A stretch of 54,594 nt of DNA, filler included, from Sphacelaria rigidula (Eukaryota): the NCBI GenBank assembly GCA_964200075.2. It is 4 parts of 4 records of this genome, joined end to end, with 100 filler letters (N's around TTAATTAATTAA, not from the genome) between each part and the next. Parts side by side here need not be neighbours in the genome. Positions count along the whole stretch, not along the records: positions 41,023 to 54,594 come from CAXNAA020002795.1; 3 more parts are not named here. One strand, 5' to 3'. The notes beneath the pieces are model-generated. The model made no database searches and had not been told where the DNA came from. It saw only the letters and a list, made by a program, of their open reading frames with translations. How positions within the stretch are numbered: the first letter of the stretch is position 1; the number at the start of each line of letters is the position of its first letter. Below are positions 49,735-54,594 of the stretch, in pieces. The position numbers and the translations under genes were made by a program.

Positions 49735-50165
49735 TATTCGTTTCTTCGTTTTTTTCTTTTTCTTTCTTTTTCTTTCTTTTTTCTGGTCAGTACGTTTTCC
49801 GTTGGAATCTGTGTGAGGGGGGGTTGGAGCCATCAACCTACAATCTCTTTTTTTCTAAGGATTGCCTGTGCATGTGTGTGTGTGCGCGTGCGTGTTTTGC
49901 GTTTGTGTTCTCACCGTTTCCGTCATGACTGTATTTTCCCTGGTCTCGATCAAGTCTAGACTTGGTGTGCCTGTTCCACTTTTTTCTGTTTTTTTTTTTT
50001 ATATTTTCCTTCAGCGATTTTTTTTTCCTGTTTTTTGTTGTTTTTCGTCTCGGGTACGTCCGTCATGTGGATAATGACCACGGCTGGATCATGACTCCTG
50101 GGGGGATCAGTTCTGTTCGACAATAATTAAATCCATCGATCGATCAAACAACATCAACATCAACA
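49735..50165 (+). mobile_element. Retroposon 3' UTR relic (same terminal motif family)
   Basis: T-rich tract followed by TGACCACGGCTGG (~50075) and an (ATC/AAC)-type tail. Confidence 0.45.
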
Positions 50166-50470
50166 AAGTATTGCTGCTGTTTGTATACATAGCAGGCGCC
50201 TCGTGTGCTCATCACGTCGTGTGCTCATCACGTCGTGTGTGTGTGTTTCGAGAACCGCAGTGTTCTTTTTGCTTTGCTATACGGGAGGAGGGGGCGACTG
50301 ATCCTACAACATGGCCTGTTGTGTCGCGCCCGTTTTTTTTCCCCGCGTTTCACACTCGACCGGGTAGGTACCCGTCGCAGGATTGATTCGCCATGATCGA
50401 GCACTGTAACTTCCCATCTCTCACAAGATTTCGTAACGTGCTCTTGTATGCCTAACCCCCCCTCGTGCAG

Positions 50471-50600
50471 CACTCATGCATTAGTGATGGATCTGAGCGT
50501 GATGGACTGTGTGCTAGAATGCATGGTGGAAGATTACACGCACTTCAAGGCGCACGCGGCAGAGGGGAGTCGAGATGGGGGAGCAGGAGAGAACGGGAAG
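50471..50600 (+). CDS. Alpha/beta-hydrolase + PH protein exon (catalytic His, linker)
   Basis: Acceptor gtgcag|C and donor AAG|gtgaga. Reads (GG)THALVMDLSVMDCVLECMVEDY. Confidence 0.85.
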
Positions 50601-51427
50601 GTGAGACGGCTGTATTACACTGAACGAACCCTCGTCATTTTGTTGTGCCACGGATTAGATCAGCGCTCCCGCGCACCACGTCGACTTTTGGAAAGCTTTG
50701 TTTTGCTCCCCTCCTTTCCTCACCCAGGGAAGAAAACATAATGTATCTGCTGTGATTGGAGCCCTGAACTCTGCCATGACTGATCATGATACCCACCCGT
50801 TAAAGTTAGACCGCCGGGATGCGACGGCGTATTCACACATCAAAACATGAATAGGAAAGAATGAGTCCTGTCTTTTTGAGACCAAAAAAGGGGCGTAGGT
50901 GCTATATTAGCACATCTAAAGTTTTTTTGTTGTTGTTGTCACCCCGATGAAGTTGGGGGAAGCTATTTCTCATCTGTTTTTTCTTGACGTCTCTTTTGTT
51001 TTGTTTTCCCGGTGATATTTTACTTGCTTTTTTTTCTCTTTCTCGTCCGGAGTCTCAGAAGAAACGTGTAGAACTCTGTCTTGTAAGGAATAGCAGGTCT
51101 GGGACTACGGGTTCGAGGGATCGGACTGATGTGCGAAAATAATAATAATGAGGAAAATGAGGAAACAAGCGCCCATGAGCAGCATGTTGACTGGTCGCCG
51201 CAACCGTAGACCCGTCCCGATGACCAATCAACATGCTGCTTTTGGACGCTTGTTCCGTTTCCCGCTTCTCTTTTTGTCTCGATAAGACAGGGCCTTACCC
51301 CCACAGAAAAGTAACGCCTGGCTCGTGCAGCGTCATTTCGGCCTAAGTTACTTTTGCGATACACAATGCCGCCGTACGTTCCCAGAGGGCGGTCTTCAGC
51401 TTTCCAGCGCACACGCAGCGATTTCAG

Positions 51428-51483
51428 GCGGAGGGACCCCTGCTGTGTCTTCGGGGCGTACTGCTCAAGAGCTGGGAGCCCAG
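51428..51483 (+). CDS. Alpha/beta-hydrolase + PH protein exon (PH beta1)
   Basis: Acceptor tttcag|GCG and donor AG|gttggt. Reads AEGPLLCLRGVLLKSWEPR. Confidence 0.75.
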
Positions 51484-52917
51484 GTTGGTGCCTTTACTTC
51501 TTAGGTGGCAAGTTTTATCTTAAGATTTTGTTTTGGCACTGCGATACATACATACATACATACATACATACATACCGTACTGTAACCACGTCGCGTTAAT
51601 GTTTTTTTTTTTCTCTTTTTTTCTTTTGTTTTCGCCATACTTTGAACCCATTTATTTTTCTCGGGATGAGTCCGTGGTCTGGCTTACGCGATCAACCCTT
51701 CATCTCTCCTGCTCCCCGTCCACGCTTTACGTTCTCGTATGGCGGATCAGATCAGAACAACTCCCCCACCGCGTCGACTCTCTTAAAATACAACTTTCTC
51801 TTTCCCACTCGCGTACGTTCTCATGTTTCTAACAACGGGAACCCGATACTTCTCTGACAACAAAAAAAAGACGGACTCCCATTTGCCAGGACTCGAAACC
51901 CTCCAGTTTTTTTTTGTTTTTGTAGATGGTTCCGGCTGTATCGGTCAGATCGCCCGGATGTGGTAGGAAAAGTTAGCTGCTTCTTTTCGCCTACCGTAGG
52001 TTGATATTGTACGGAACGTATCACCCGAGGAAGGGAATGAGAAACACACTATTAATAAAGCATTGTCAATGTTGCCCGAAGTACTCAAACTGCAGCAGCG
52101 GGCACGTGGCCGAGAGCTCGTGTAAAGAAGACTATTTTCCCGGGAATATGTGTCATTAGAAAGTTGTCTTGTCGATTGTCGAGATCTTGTCGCAGTGCGG
52201 GCGGGCTCTTGCTGATGAGAAGAAAAAAAAATCGAGGTTGTACTTTGTATTCCCCTGAGGTAGTAAATACTAGTCATGACCTAAGGGTATGCAATTGACA
52301 CTTTCTGCGATAGCCCCCCCCCCCCCAAAATAAAATAAAATAAAATAAAATAAATAATAGCCCAAGACTGTCACGAAGAAAAGGGTCGTACAGCGCCTGA
52401 TGTTTCGTTTCAGGCTCCATGAAGCGCCTCATATGGGCAAAAACGAACCCAAGCGCGGGAATTCCCAGCTGCTCGTTCTGCTCGGCTGTTTTCATTTCGA
52501 TTCACGTTTAGATTTCGCCTTCCCAAACCAGTCACTTTTTTGGGGGGGGGGGGGGCTATCGCAGCAAGTGACATTTTTTCGTCAATGATGGTGTGAACAC
52601 CGAGGAAAAAAAAAATGGATGCTGGATGCTGTACTTGTTGATTAAAAAAAAAGAGCGGCATTTCTTGGTAGAGAAGAACGCGAAAAAAAACCCGTCAGAC
52701 CTCTGGGTTTCTGGCTGGCAACCAAGCTTTTTCGTAGGCGTCGTTTCCTAATTTATGTGCTGTGTTGTGTTGTGTTGTGCCCGTTTGTTTGTGCGGCTTC
52801 TTTTTTACCGAGTGTGCTGTACTGGTCTGTGCTGAACTCTCCTGCTCTGCGCTGCTTGACTCCACTGTACTCTACGGTACCCCGTCTGCTTGCACTGTTT
52901 GTTTTGCATTTTGGCAG

Positions 52918-53077
52918 ATACTTTATTCTTGACGGGTACGAACTGCACGAGTTCCGGGGCTCTGAGTGCGCGACGGCGTTGCACGTGGTGGACTTGAGGG
53001 GGAGCACGGCGCACGTCCCCGTCGACGGCGGAGAAATACGCGTCGATCACGTGGGCGGCAAGGTCTTCGAGTTCAGG
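52918..53077 (+). CDS. Alpha/beta-hydrolase + PH protein exon (PH core)
   Basis: Acceptor ttggcag|A and donor AGG|gtacga. Reads YFILDGYELHEFRG...VVDLRGS...VFEFR. Confidence 0.85.
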
Positions 53078-53343
53078 GTACGACTCTCCCTCACTCTCTC
53101 TTCAAACAACCCTACGTTTCGCCTCTGTCGTGTGTTTGACATCGATAGTTTTTATACCCTCTGCATTGTGTGGGCTGGGCTGTATATACTGCCATGTATA
53201 CATTGTGTGCGGCAAACCGGTCCGACCGTTACGCGTCCTTTTTTTAGATTTTGCACAAATGCAGTGTTGAGAATTTTTCGCTTTCATTGAGTGTGTTGAA
53301 CGAGAAGGAGACGGGAGAGCCTGGAGAAGGGGGGACGGGAGGC

Positions 53344-53514
53344 GTACTCATGATCTTGCGTACCGTAGTGATGTGACCGTTGACCTCGCATTCCTACCAA
53401 GCCGAGACGGAGCACGCCGGGGAAGGTGTGGGGGGGTACTCATGATCTTGCATGCCGTAGTCATAAGATCATTTACCTTGCATCTCTACAAAGCCGGGAC
53501 GGAGCACGCCGGGA
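53344..53514. repeat. Diverged ~92 bp tandem duplication (intronic)
   Basis: GTACTCATGATCTTGC...GACGGAGCACGCCGGG occurs twice. Confidence 0.85.
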
Positions 53515-54122
53515 TTTCGCCTGACCAGGCTGGCTATCAATCACCAAGCGCGAAGTGCCGTGATGTGTTCGGCGAGTCGCATGATGGGAGGGCTGCATCC
53601 TGCGAAGATTTTTCGACCCGCAGCGTAGTAGTCATATCTTGCATATGGATGGCAGCCTGGAGTGAGTTGCTTCGTTTTCTGGTGTTGCCACTTCTAGAGA
53701 CAGCCAAGGCTTTTACACTGCCTCACGAGTTTCTGTCTCACCATTTGAACACTGCGTAGTGTGCGATCATCCCCTTTGCACGGAGTTGAGGTTCTCCACC
53801 CCGCGCAATACGATCTGATTTGACCACCACCATAGTTACCGCAAAATATTACTATTATTTTTATATCCGTTACATGTGCAAGGCAGTGTACGTACTCTCG
53901 AGCACTCCAGTGGAAGAGCCGAATTTTCCCATCTTGGTGCTTACCGCCCCCAATCGAGTGCTTCTGATTCCAAACAACGACACATATCAATCATGAAGTA
54001 TCAAAATGTTATTGTTGAATGGCGTGGTCGTTTGTTCTTGTTCCCGTGTGCCTGTCGTCCCACCCGAAGATCCGAATTCCTGCCATGCTTGATGCATTGC
54101 ATAAAAATGCGCGCTTTCGCAG

Positions 54123-54401
54123 CTGGAGGACGCAAAGCATAAAACGATCTACGACCTAGGGGCCAAGACCTCGGGGGGGCGCGCCTCCTGGGTGGAAACC
54201 CTCACGAAGGCGTCGCGATTTTCGAAGGGGGCCGGGGAGGAGCAGCGCGAGTCCTCACTTTCGAAGCGCTTCCTCGTCACCAAGCGTCCGGAGAGCAGAA
54301 GAGGTCGAGGGGTGGGCGGGGATGAAAGAGGGGTGTGGCGCTGGGACGGCGGGGAGCGAGGGCGCCGAAAAGAAATACCGGAAGCTCGGAGAAACAGGTG
54401 A
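54123..54401 (+). CDS. Alpha/beta-hydrolase + PH protein exon (PH C-terminal helix; 3' boundary uncertain)
   Basis: Acceptor ttcgcag|CTG, phase 0. Reads LEDAKHKTIYDLGAKTSGGRASWVETLTKAS, with the conserved PH Trp. Confidence 0.75.
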   Translation: MEDAKHKTIYDLGAKTSGGRASWVETLTKASRFSKGAGEEQRESSLSKRFLVTKRPESRRGRGVGGDERGVWRWDGGERGRRKEIPEARRNR

Positions 54402-54594
54402 TGGATGGCGCCGATCTGCCCATGTAAATATTATCGTTAACTTCGATTGATGCCACAGACAACCTCATCATAAGAGATTATTGATTTGCGACCGCTATCG
54501 TGTGTGAGCTTTCATCCCCCCCCCCCACCGATGGATGGTGAGGCACCCATGAGGCAGTGTTTAAGCTGTGGCTGTCTCGGGAAGTGGCGATACC

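Noticed and set aside
54160-54200. Acceptor cctag at 54159 implying a frameshift in the PH domain
   Set aside because: The upstream acceptor at 54122 is in phase and adds the expected PH beta strand.

Overview
Eukaryotic, intron-rich and repeat-rich DNA. Its style (long introns, GC-rich exons, RTE and Gypsy repeats) resembles brown algae or related stramenopiles, but the taxon is an inference. The window is four contigs joined by artificial 100-nt N/TTAATTAATTAA spacers, so neighbours across a spacer need not be adjacent. Main contents: (1) one fructose-1,6-bisphosphatase exon; (2) a 7-exon minus-strand gene of ~1,750 aa (15896-~23666) with a PIP-like motif, an FHA domain, three Tudor-like modules, a UBZ4-type zinc finger and a helical C-terminus that may be Nse5-like (SIMC1/SLF1); (3) a decayed Ty3/Gypsy element of more than 11.6 kb, with a 3' LTR and an integrase carrying a chromodomain followed by a second Royal-family-like (PWWP/Tudor) module; (4) a 9-exon partial plus-strand gene joining an alpha/beta-hydrolase to a PH domain, with a probable GC-AG intron; (5) RTE LINE/SINE 3' ends, MITEs, foldbacks, a palindromic minisatellite and microsatellites. 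All domain calls are by eye from motifs; no searches were run.
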